Positions 37,662-46,543 of a stretch of 61,326 nt of DNA are shown in pieces. The number at the start of each line of letters is the position of its first letter. The stretch's first letter is position 1. Source of the DNA: a virus (Duplodnaviria > Caudoviricetes); IMG/VR virus record IMGVR_UViG_3300027896_002454, positions 1 through 61,326 of that record; one strand, 5' to 3'. Both the position numbers and the translations under genes were made by a program. Under the pieces are notes generated by a model. That model worked only from the letters and a program-made list of their open reading frames with translations. It was not told the DNA's origin and ran no database searches.

Positions 37662-38210
37662 TTATTGTTTATTATTATTTTGTTCAATTATATGATCGAG
37701 TATAGTGTGAAGCAGATACTCGTGCGTTAATTCTACTACTCTATAAGAATTTGATTTTACATATATGTTTAATTTTCCAAGTCTCCTAAGAAGATTTCCT
37801 TCATGAAATCCACTAAGAGTTACTACATTCACCCCCTTTTTATTTGCTGTATTTGCTGCATTTAATATATCTTTTGATTTACCACTACTTGAGATGGCTA
37901 TCAACAAGTCTCCTGGATTGCAAAATAATTCAACAGTTTTTGAAAACATATTATCAAATCCATAATCATTTGCTAAACATGTAAGCATTGGTGCGTCAAA
38001 AAATGACGCTGCTCTAATATTTCCATTTTTTGTGTAATCTATAGCCATATGTGAACATATAGCATTAGACCCACCATTACCAATAAACACAATCCAATTT
38101 CCAGCTTTATGTGTTTCTAAAATTAAGTTTTCTAATTTATTTAAATCGTCTTCAGATACATTAAAAATAGAAGTAACAAAATCCATTTTTAAGTCAGCAT
38201 ATGTTTTCAA
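37662..38210 (-). CDS. gmhA: Phosphoheptose isomerase (SIS domain)
   Basis: GNGGS, TCLANDYGF, ISSSGKS, LSGF, E..H. Confidence 0.88.
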   Translation of the reverse strand: MKTYADLKMDFVTSIFNVSEDDLNKLENLILETHKAGNWIVFIGNGGSNAICSHMAIDYTKNGNIRAASFFDAPMLTCLANDYGFDNMFSKTVELFCNPGDLLIAISSSGKSKDILNAANTANKKGVNVVTLSGFHEGNLLRRLGKLNIYVKSNSYRVVELTHEYLLHTILDHIIEQNNNKQ

Positions 38211-39643
38211 GATATAATTCCTTTGATATATGTATAAATATTAGAATAAGTTATGTAATTCTCATTTCCTACATATTTTGTGTCTAATCCACCTGCACAG
38301 TTCGAAATAAAAGCCAATAAATCGTCTGGACAGCCTACATAAACTAATAAAGATGCTATAGAAAATACAGCGTCACCAGCTCCGACTGTATCAATCACAT
38401 TCTTAGCTAAACTTTTCGAATTATTTATAGTATCTAATTCGAAATTATAATAATTTAAGCCACTTTCACCAAGTGTAACTAAAAATTTATTACAAGCTGT
38501 TAAAAATTTTAACTTTTTAGTTAAATCATCTACATTAGATTTTGCATCAGAAAATGGTAATCTTAATTCTCTTTCATCTAAACAAGCAAAATTAAAAAAT
38601 TTATATTTAGTTACTGGATTAAATCCAAAATTTGCTGAATTTGTTTGAACATTAACTGCAACAAATTTTTCTTTATGTCTTAAGCATAAATCTGTCATTT
38701 CTTTTGTTACAAAGCCATGTCCAAAATCACAAACTAAAACTAAATCTACTTCATCAAGATTATTATTAATATAATCTAACGCTTGTTTATTCTCTTCTTT
38801 TAATATTTCTTCTTTTGGATACGAACAAACCTCAAATAATTTAGTATTTTTATAATTTTTTGTAATAAATCTTTCTTTATAAGCCCAGATATCTTTTGAA
38901 CATGCTAAATAAACAAGATTGACAAAATCTTTCACATGATTAGCTATTGCGACAGCTCCGCCTTCCATTTCTTTTTGATCAATAGCCTCAACAGATAAAT
39001 TAGGAGATTTCATAGCCATATTTTTAGCATAAACATATGTATATATATCTAATATCGGATCTCCTATAACCATTACTTTAAGAGATTTTAGCTTTTTTAA
39101 CCAAAATTCTATATCATCAATAGTGTATTTAGATTTAATATCATCTATATATTGTTTTTGTTCTTTAGTAAAAATATTAAATTCACTATTTATAATATTT
39201 GTAGATGAAATATTTTTTGTTTCTGTAAATGCTAATTCTCCACCATATTTTTCGACACATTCTTTTTCAAATCCAATTTTATTAGTTACATCTACTTTAT
39301 CTCTATATTCTGCACCTTTAAAATAAAAATTTGGTTTTAATGCGTCTATAACATCACAAACAGATCTATCGTTATTTATAGAAACTACATCTATATAATC
39401 TATATGTGATAAGTATTCAGCTCTTATTTTTTCATTAAAAATTGGTCTTCCTGGTCCCTTATTTATAAACTTATCTGGAGTTATTGATACAACTAAAAAA
39501 TCACATTTTGATTTTGCTTGTCTAAAATGCTCTATATGATCAATATGAACTAAGTCAAAAGCACCATGACACAACCCAATTTTATAATCTTTCTTTTCTA
39601 ATCTATATGCGCTAAGTTCTTCTAATGTCAGTATTTTTGCCAT
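38207..39643 (-). CDS. Bifunctional HldE/RfaE-like nucleotidyltransferase + PfkB kinase (transferase domain N-terminal)
   Basis: HGAFDLVHIDH, NKGPGRP, KGAEY, SST; GDPILD, DFGHG, VTLG, DTVGAGDA. Confidence 0.85.
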   Translation of the reverse strand: MAKILTLEELSAYRLEKKDYKIGLCHGAFDLVHIDHIEHFRQAKSKCDFLVVSITPDKFINKGPGRPIFNEKIRAEYLSHIDYIDVVSINNDRSVCDVIDALKPNFYFKGAEYRDKVDVTNKIGFEKECVEKYGGELAFTETKNISSTNIINSEFNIFTKEQKQYIDDIKSKYTIDDIEFWLKKLKSLKVMVIGDPILDIYTYVYAKNMAMKSPNLSVEAIDQKEMEGGAVAIANHVKDFVNLVYLACSKDIWAYKERFITKNYKNTKLFEVCSYPKEEILKEENKQALDYINNNLDEVDLVLVCDFGHGFVTKEMTDLCLRHKEKFVAVNVQTNSANFGFNPVTKYKFFNFACLDERELRLPFSDAKSNVDDLTKKLKFLTACNKFLVTLGESGLNYYNFELDTINNSKSLAKNVIDTVGAGDAVFSIASLLVYVGCPDDLLAFISNCAGGLDTKYVGNENYITYSNIYTYIKGIIS

Positions 39644-39644
39644 A

Positions 39645-40223
39645 TTATACCGTGCAGATTGCTATATAATTATAAGCACAAATGTAATTAAATGCTCCTA
39701 TTTCTGTATCTAATTGCGAAAATATAAATGATCTTTCAAAAGCATCATCTAAATCTTCTTTTAATTCACCTATTGTATATTCATGAACATGATATTTTTT
39801 TCTATTTTCAGATACTTTATCCATTTTTCTTGGAGTAGATATAAATACAATACCATTGTCTTTTGTCATTAATGACATCTTCTGCATTAATGTTAACGCA
39901 GTTTTTCTTGGCATATGTTCTATAACTTCTAAACATACTATTGCTTCATACTGTTTTTCTTCTGGATTGTAATCTGTAACATAATTAATGTTTGATTTCT
40001 TATAATTTTCGTTAGCATATTTTATAACTTCTTCATCAGAGTCTTGAGCTGTGATATAATGACAATAATTCGATAAATATCTTGAACCATATCCTGTTCC
40101 GCAACCTATTTCTAGTATGTCATCTGTTGGTTTCAAAAATTTTGAAACAAACCTATATCTTGCTAAATGGAACAAAATATCTTCTTGATTGTCTTTTGAT
40201 AATAGTAAATCTGTTCTTTTCAT
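39645..40223 (-). CDS. SAM-dependent methyltransferase
   Basis: HLARY, LEIGCGTGYG, LEVIEH, ISTP, HVHEY; start taken at MKRT. Confidence 0.88.
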   Translation of the reverse strand: MKRTDLLLSKDNQEDILFHLARYRFVSKFLKPTDDILEIGCGTGYGSRYLSNYCHYITAQDSDEEVIKYANENYKKSNINYVTDYNPEEKQYEAIVCLEVIEHMPRKTALTLMQKMSLMTKDNGIVFISTPRKMDKVSENRKKYHVHEYTIGELKEDLDDAFERSFIFSQLDTEIGAFNYICAYNYIAICTV

Positions 40224-40969
40224 TTTAATCCTTTTTCTATTAAGTCTATTATAACTTGATAACTTTCTTGTTCGAATGTTTTTATTTTCCAAGCTGGGTG
40301 CATGTAATAAGCTTGATGTTCATGTTTCTTCATTATAACAGGAACATTATTTGTAGATGCTACAAAATTTAGAAAACCCGCAAATCCTAAAAATAAATCA
40401 GCGTGTTTAACTATATTCATTTTTGTTCCTAAGTTCAAATCTTTAAGATTTGGTGCTTCTGTTTTTATGTCATCGTTACCTATAACATAAACATTTGCAT
40501 TAAACTTTTGTCTTATTAATTTTGATAAATCATTTATATATGCAACTGATGACCATGCTCTATCTGGTCTTTTATTTATCCCTAATCCCGCAGATGATTG
40601 AATTAATATATATGGCTTTATTAATATTACTTCTTGTGATTTTATTTTTATTCTATTGCCTATAAAAGGATCTGGCCATCCTTTATCTTCTATAATTCCA
40701 GATCTTTTACCGTCCCAAGATGTAGATAATGCTGTTAAATCACCTCTATGTTCTTTGAAATAACTTTCTGGTTCTGTTTTCTTTATTATTTTATAATCTA
40801 TTCCTTGCATATCTAAAAATTCTTTATGAAAACTATCATCATAATCTGCTAATCCTAAACAATGTTCATAATTAAATCTATAATCTAACTTATTATATGC
40901 TAGAGCTTTGCAAAAACAAATATAAAGATCACCAAGTCCTCCGGACCCGAAATAAGTTACAAATCCCAT
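40220..40969 (-). CDS. GT9/heptosyltransferase-like glycosyltransferase
   Basis: GGLGD, RAWS, ADLFLG; paralog of 60015..60788. Confidence 0.6.
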   Translation of the reverse strand: MGFVTYFGSGGLGDLYICFCKALAYNKLDYRFNYEHCLGLADYDDSFHKEFLDMQGIDYKIIKKTEPESYFKEHRGDLTALSTSWDGKRSGIIEDKGWPDPFIGNRIKIKSQEVILIKPYILIQSSAGLGINKRPDRAWSSVAYINDLSKLIRQKFNANVYVIGNDDIKTEAPNLKDLNLGTKMNIVKHADLFLGFAGFLNFVASTNNVPVIMKKHEHQAYYMHPAWKIKTFEQESYQVIIDLIEKGLK

Positions 40970-41610
40970 ATAATTTTAACCTCACATTTCAATTTTTCTT
41001 CAATTTCTTTTTGTCTTTTTAAATCATATTCTTTGCGTTTTTTCTGAGAATGTTTCTTTTCATACACTTCATAAACGATATTAGTTTCTTGACAATAACC
41101 ATCTACTATATATTTGTCAATTTGATATTGGCGTAAAATTTTACAATTATCTTTTAATTCTTGTTCGTCAAGTAATTGCGTTTCGTGCTTACCTATAGAC
41201 AAGCACTGTCCAGATTTTATAAATCTTTTAAGTGATTCAATTTTTAATTTTTCTTTAGTTTTTTCATTATGTTTTTTATTATAAAAAGAATTATTAATTC
41301 CAGATGTTAATTCACTTCTAATAATTTTTTGTTCTTCTGTCAGATTTGCTTCGAATTTTTTCCCTGCAATTCTTAACTTTTCTTTATGCTCATCAGATAA
41401 TTTACGTCCTTTGCTATTCGTATTACCAATTCTAGCTTTAGACATATTTAATCTAGCTTCTTTAGAAAATTTTCTTCCGACTCCTTTACTTTTCCCCTTA
41501 AGTTTAATACTAATTTTTCTTTTGTGTTCTTCAGATAATTTTCTTCCTTTACGAGCCTCAGAAGCTTTTTTTCTGAATTCTTCTGTCCTTATGTAACTAC
41601 CATTTTTCAA
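40957..41610 (-). mobile_element. Free-standing NUMOD3 + Vsr/DUF559-like endonuclease
   Basis: GRKLSEEHK repeats; IGKHETQLLDEQE..RQYQIDKYIVDGYCQETN..IIWD. Confidence 0.8.
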
Positions 41611-41924
41611 TTTAACTCTTTCCTATTTTCTAATAAGCTTATCAATAAATCAACTTCTGAATCTTCCCAAACTGCGAATTGTTGTTCAAAATCAAACATA
41701 CCCCATCTTCCACTACAATCTTCAAAAACTCTTTTTTCATTTCCTTCATTATCTAATTCAAAACAAGGACTTAAATCTTGATAAAAAAAATCAATTGCAA
41801 CTTCGTCAACATCTTTAATAGTTTTTAATTTAATATGAATTTCATCAAATACCTCTGGTTCATAATATGAATAAACTGTTCCAGATGGTTGATCACAAAA
41901 TTCATAAAAATTCATTATTTTCAT
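41607..41924 (-). CDS. Hypothetical acidic phage protein
   Basis: Coupled ORF. Confidence 0.6.
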   Translation of the reverse strand: MKIMNFYEFCDQPSGTVYSYYEPEVFDEIHIKLKTIKDVDEVAIDFFYQDLSPCFELDNEGNEKRVFEDCSGRWGMFDFEQQFAVWEDSEVDLLISLLENRKELN

Positions 41925-43045
41925 AGGATCTCTAAATTTATGTAATATTTTAGTAATTTGTTTGATAAATATTGTACTATTTCTTCGTTTACGTTATAAC
42001 CTAATTTATTAGATAATTCTTCTTTTATCTCTAAACATTCTGGTTTAGCAAAAACATAATGACCAGCTATTAAAGCTTTTGATTCATCTGGTAATTTATC
42101 GTTAACAATCCATCTTTCCCATTTTTTCGACTCATAAGCTAATTTTAAGAATCTTCTATATAAATCTATTGATTTTGTTTCAAAGAATTTATTAACTAAG
42201 AAAATTGTCTCTGAATACCCGAACTCTGGAGCTATGTTTAAAGCATTGACTCCAACTGTTTTATGTAATTGCAAATTTTCTGTAGATAAATAATCTGCAT
42301 TATGTTCTTTTAGATGTACATAATCAAAATGATTTTTTATTTCAGATAGCAGATATGAATGTCCGGGAATAAGCTCACCCATATTTCTAGTTTCTTTTAC
42401 ATGCGTGCCAGTTTGAGCTACGCAAAATAATGGAAGTTTTAATCCATTTTCTGTAATATACTTCATAGATTTATTCAAAAATGAAGAAAATTCAGTCAAC
42501 GACATTTGCGTACCGTCAGACGATTCCATACCTATTTCAAATTCTATTCCTCTAAAATCTCTTCGAAGTATTGCTATTTGCTCAAAGCAATAATCATACA
42601 AATCAAATAAGCACTCCATCATTTCTGAGTTGTCTAAAAGAACATTATCTTCGGGAAAAAAATCTAATTTAACCTTAACTGTATCTATATGAATGATATC
42701 AAATCTACATTCTATATCTGTTTTAAATGAAGCTTTTGCATCAATTATAGATTCTTCATAATCGTCAAATTTTATAGAACCTTGATTTGGTCCACCATGA
42801 TCTCTACATAACACTATTCTATTCTCTTTATCTCTATCTTTAACATATTTAACGTATTCTTCAGTTGTCCAATTATTAACATATCCACCATTATAATCTA
42901 TCTGTCTTCTACTTGCTATTAATGGTAAAAATGTTTTAAAATCATAAGCAAATTTAATAGCAGCATCTACTAAGTTTTTACTTATTGGTCCAACAAATAA
43001 CACTGACTTATTATCAGCTAATCTTTGTTTTATTTCTGTAATCAT
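41921..43045 (-). CDS. GatZ/KbaZ-like (tagatose-phosphate epimerase/kinase family) TIM-barrel protein
   Basis: IASRRQID..GGYVNNW, RDHGGP, IHID, EIG.E, KEHNADYL, NIAPEFG, KWERW. Confidence 0.75.
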   Translation of the reverse strand: MITEIKQRLADNKSVLFVGPISKNLVDAAIKFAYDFKTFLPLIASRRQIDYNGGYVNNWTTEEYVKYVKDRDKENRIVLCRDHGGPNQGSIKFDDYEESIIDAKASFKTDIECRFDIIHIDTVKVKLDFFPEDNVLLDNSEMMECLFDLYDYCFEQIAILRRDFRGIEFEIGMESSDGTQMSLTEFSSFLNKSMKYITENGLKLPLFCVAQTGTHVKETRNMGELIPGHSYLLSEIKNHFDYVHLKEHNADYLSTENLQLHKTVGVNALNIAPEFGYSETIFLVNKFFETKSIDLYRRFLKLAYESKKWERWIVNDKLPDESKALIAGHYVFAKPECLEIKEELSNKLGYNVNEEIVQYLSNKLLKYYINLEIL

Positions 43046-43793
43046 TTAAACACTCTCTCATTCCATTATAAACTTGATAAAAATTTGTTTGTGTGTATCT
43101 TTCAAATTGTTTTGCTGCCTGAAGCAGTGTTATATCTATACCTGTTATAATCTCTTTCTTATATTCTTTTGCCATTTTTGTAAATGTTGGATCAAAATTT
43201 AATCCAACTGGACAATCTATAACTATTTTTGCATTTTTTATTAAATCATATACTCCAAAACTAGTATAATCATACTCGTTCATACCAATTGGAGTTGCAT
43301 TTATAATCATAGTATATGGCTTTTCGAATATAAATTCTTCAACCTGTTTATGGTTTAATATATCTAATTTATCATATTTTTTTTCTAATGCAATTTTAAA
43401 GTTTTTTGCCATTGCTCCATTACCAAATATGCAAATAGATTCAAACAAATTTGGATGAAGACTACTCAAAACTTTTTTTATAGCAAATAAATCAGTACTA
43501 TAACCCCACAATTCATCTTTAATTTTATATATTGTATTTATGTTATCATATTCTTTTTTATTTTTTACATATCTAATTGCTTCTTTTTTGTATGGCATTG
43601 ACACACTACAACCAATAACATTTGGAGTTGCATTAACCCATTTCATAGTAGATTTAAAATTTTTAGTAGCTAATGGTAAATAAACATAATTTAATCCAAA
43701 TTGTTCGTAACAATAATTATGAACTAATGCGCCAAAATTACCAGGTTTAGAAGCTACTGATACACATATTTTTGTATCTTTATTAATTACCAT
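43014..43793 (-). CDS. Shikimate dehydrogenase-like oxidoreductase
   Basis: HN..Y, SVSMPYK, INTI, STD, GNGAMA, INATPIGM, QAAKQF. Confidence 0.8.
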   Translation of the reverse strand: MVINKDTKICVSVASKPGNFGALVHNYCYEQFGLNYVYLPLATKNFKSTMKWVNATPNVIGCSVSMPYKKEAIRYVKNKKEYDNINTIYKIKDELWGYSTDLFAIKKVLSSLHPNLFESICIFGNGAMAKNFKIALEKKYDKLDILNHKQVEEFIFEKPYTMIINATPIGMNEYDYTSFGVYDLIKNAKIVIDCPVGLNFDPTFTKMAKEYKKEIITGIDITLLQAAKQFERYTQTNFYQVYNGMRECLNDYRNKTKIS

Positions 43794-44256
43794 TTTCTTT
43801 CCTAAGAAATAAATTTATTTCTATACAAGCTTCAGCTAGACATCTATTACCGCCAGAATTATGAGTTACTACATTAGCTTTATTTCTAGTATATAACCAA
43901 CCGTCGTACGGACATACAGAAAATTTAACATACTCAAAAGTTTCTCCATCATGCCAACCATCACCAATATATATAGTTTCTTCTAATTTATATCCATATT
44001 GTTGCATATATTGCCATCTATGTTTTGATGGCATATATTCTATTCTATAACCCATATCTTCAACTCTTGCTTTACTTATTTCAAAACCTCTTTTATCAGC
44101 ACTAACAAAGACTATATTAAGATCTGGCCATTGTTCTTTAAGCCATTCTAAAGAATCTGTATCATCTGGACCGAATGATTTATATTCTTTTCCGTCTTTA
44201 GAATATATCATTTTGCCATCTGTTATAACACCATCTACATCAATTATTAGATTCAT
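43783..44256 (-). CDS. KdsC-like HAD phosphatase
   Basis: IIDVDGVITDG..YKSFGPDD, YIGDG, GGNRCLAE. Confidence 0.82.
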   Translation of the reverse strand: MNLIIDVDGVITDGKMIYSKDGKEYKSFGPDDTDSLEWLKEQWPDLNIVFVSADKRGFEISKARVEDMGYRIEYMPSKHRWQYMQQYGYKLEETIYIGDGWHDGETFEYVKFSVCPYDGWLYTRNKANVVTHNSGGNRCLAEACIEINLFLRKENGN

Positions 44257-45862
44257 AGTGTTTCTCTACCCATTTATGTAGTTTTCTTTTACCTAAATAA
44301 TATAATAATTCTCTATATGGACTTGGATGCAATGGAGACATATTAATGTAAACTATAGCAGTTAAAAGCTCTACTCTACTCCAATCTAATCCTTCTCTAA
44401 TAGCAAACCATTCTAATTGCTTTGCATATTCTTTAAGTATATCATTCTCGTCATAACCATACCATATATGACCATTTATAGTTTTATCTACTACAAACTT
44501 ACCTTTTGATAATGATTTATGCGGTAAAATAAATGCATGTAACATTTTTGCTAAATCATAATACATATCACCAATATCAATTCTACCATTCATATTTTGA
44601 CGCCAATCTATCAAATGAAATTTCTTATCTTTATCAATTATAACATTTCCAATATGTAAATCTCCATGAAATGTTTTTGGTAGCATATATATCAAATGCG
44701 GTTTAACTAAGTCTAAAAGTTGTTCTAAATGTCTTGTTTTAACACCATTGATTACATCTTGCCCATCTTTTATATCTGTTGTTGAATATAATTGTTTCAT
44801 TCTTTCTAAAGTCTTAAAATAATAAAATTCTGCTGCTGTCTCTTTCATCAAATCTTCATCTATTATTATATCTATCCATAAATTTTCTGAACACCAATTT
44901 AAAAATTTTATAAACAATACAGTATCTAATTTTTCATTTAATAAATTAGAAAGCAATTCACCATCTACTTTATCATAATAAAGAAAACTTCCCCTTACTT
45001 TTGATTCTGGAACTAATTTATTAAGTATTTTAGATCTTATTAATCTGTCTGATATCCATTTTTTATTTGCATTAAATTTAATTATTTTGTTATCGGCTTC
45101 TACAGTAAATTCATCCATTTTTCTAAATGGATTTACATCATTTACACTTTTTCTTGCTTTTTCTAAACTTTCTCTCGTTCCGACATCTTGCCATGAATAA
45201 CATAATTTAGCGTCAGTTGTTAATCCTACAAATCCAGAAAGTATTTGAATTTCATTTCTTATTAACTTTGACTCTTTAAGATTTTTAAAGTATTGTTTAT
45301 AATCTCTTATACCAGCACATCCTATAAAAGCATAAGTGTCTTTGTTAACATCAGAAGACCAACTATAACTTTTTGCTTTCATTATTCCATGTATTAATCT
45401 TTTAGCATCACCTTTTCCAAAATCTTCACCTTCTGCTATCACTTTTGAATAAAAAGTGTGACTACCTTCAGCCTCACGAATTCCAACCCAATTATTTTCT
45501 AAATCTAACAAATCTTCTTTATCTATTAATGTATCACATGTAAAAAAATAAAATGGACATTGCAAATATTCTTCACATTTAAGCAAAGCATAACCAGGAC
45601 CGTATCCTTGTCCTATATTGTCTACTTCTACATAAGTAAAATTTCTATCTGGATATGCGATTTCAACAAAATCTTTAATAGTATCAGCTTTGTAATTATT
45701 TGCTAATACTATTTCAACATCGTCATCAAACAATTCTATAATCTTAGATAAAGCAGTTTTATTTCCAATAGTTATAAGAGCTTTATTATAATAATTAGTT
45801 TCTGGTTGGAGCCTTTCACCGCGTCCGGCAGTTAATATTACAACTTTATAATTTTTTTTCAT
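44240..45862 (-). CDS. Bifunctional sugar nucleotidyltransferase + APH/choline-kinase-like phosphotransferase
   Basis: LTAGRGERL..NKAL, WQDVG; FHGDLHIGN, LIDWR, YYDLAK. Confidence 0.85.
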   Translation of the reverse strand: MKKNYKVVILTAGRGERLQPETNYYNKALITIGNKTALSKIIELFDDDVEIVLANNYKADTIKDFVEIAYPDRNFTYVEVDNIGQGYGPGYALLKCEEYLQCPFYFFTCDTLIDKEDLLDLENNWVGIREAEGSHTFYSKVIAEGEDFGKGDAKRLIHGIMKAKSYSWSSDVNKDTYAFIGCAGIRDYKQYFKNLKESKLIRNEIQILSGFVGLTTDAKLCYSWQDVGTRESLEKARKSVNDVNPFRKMDEFTVEADNKIIKFNANKKWISDRLIRSKILNKLVPESKVRGSFLYYDKVDGELLSNLLNEKLDTVLFIKFLNWCSENLWIDIIIDEDLMKETAAEFYYFKTLERMKQLYSTTDIKDGQDVINGVKTRHLEQLLDLVKPHLIYMLPKTFHGDLHIGNVIIDKDKKFHLIDWRQNMNGRIDIGDMYYDLAKMLHAFILPHKSLSKGKFVVDKTINGHIWYGYDENDILKEYAKQLEWFAIREGLDWSRVELLTAIVYINMSPLHPSPYRELLYYLGKRKLHKWVEKHYESNN

Positions 45863-46163
45863 TCTCTTTTATTAATCCATTTAAAAGTAACAAATAATTA
45901 ATTGCATCTTGAATTCTTGTATCAATTTTTTCAGATTTTAATTCACCTTTTTTAACAAATGTCATAATAGCATCTACGTGTTTATGGAAATAAACAGACC
46001 AAACTTGTAATGGTGTCAACCCAGTTGTATGAGCAACTAATTTAAAATTAGCTAAAGCATCATCATCTGCAGCTCCTGTATAGTCGTGCCCTTTAAAATC
46101 AAGTAATTTAAGGCATTCTACTATTACCTCTTTATTTAAAGTATTAAATTCTTCTACTTTCAT
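45846..46163 (-). CDS. MazG-like all-alpha protein (nucleotide-modification-associated / dNTP diphosphohydrolase-like)
   Basis: KGHDY..ALANF..KH..IQDAINY. Confidence 0.65.
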   Translation of the reverse strand: MKVEEFNTLNKEVIVECLKLLDFKGHDYTGAADDDALANFKLVAHTTGLTPLQVWSVYFHKHVDAIMTFVKKGELKSEKIDTRIQDAINYLLLLNGLIKENEKKL

Positions 46164-46543
46164 TTTTCATATCCTTCATTTAACTTTTTTAATTTTTCAA
46201 TTGGAACGTCTGGTAACACTGTTCTTCCGTAACTGTCTTCTGTTCTTATAACATCATTTAAATGTGGTGTAGACGCTTCAAATAACAAAGAATCTTCTAA
46301 AGCTTCAATTCTATGCACTTTTCCGGGTTCTAAATCAATAATAGTTCCTTGATTTGCTTCTGTTGTTGTAGTTCCGATTGTTACTTTAATTTTTCCACTA
46401 AAAAGATAATTTGTTTCTTTTTTATAATTATGATATTGCAAACTTGTTTTAAATCCTTTTTTTATGAATATCTCTTTCATAACATATTGATCATTATGGG
46501 CTATCCATTTTTCATAACCCCAAGGTTTTTCGACTAAAATCAT
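46160..46543 (-). CDS. Cupin protein (mannose-6-phosphate isomerase type II C-terminal-like)
   Basis: VEKPWGYE, SLQYH..K.ET, HRI, EASTP..DVIR..D.YGR. Confidence 0.85.
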   Translation of the reverse strand: MILVEKPWGYEKWIAHNDQYVMKEIFIKKGFKTSLQYHNYKKETNYLFSGKIKVTIGTTTTEANQGTIIDLEPGKVHRIEALEDSLLFEASTPHLNDVIRTEDSYGRTVLPDVPIEKLKKLNEGYEK

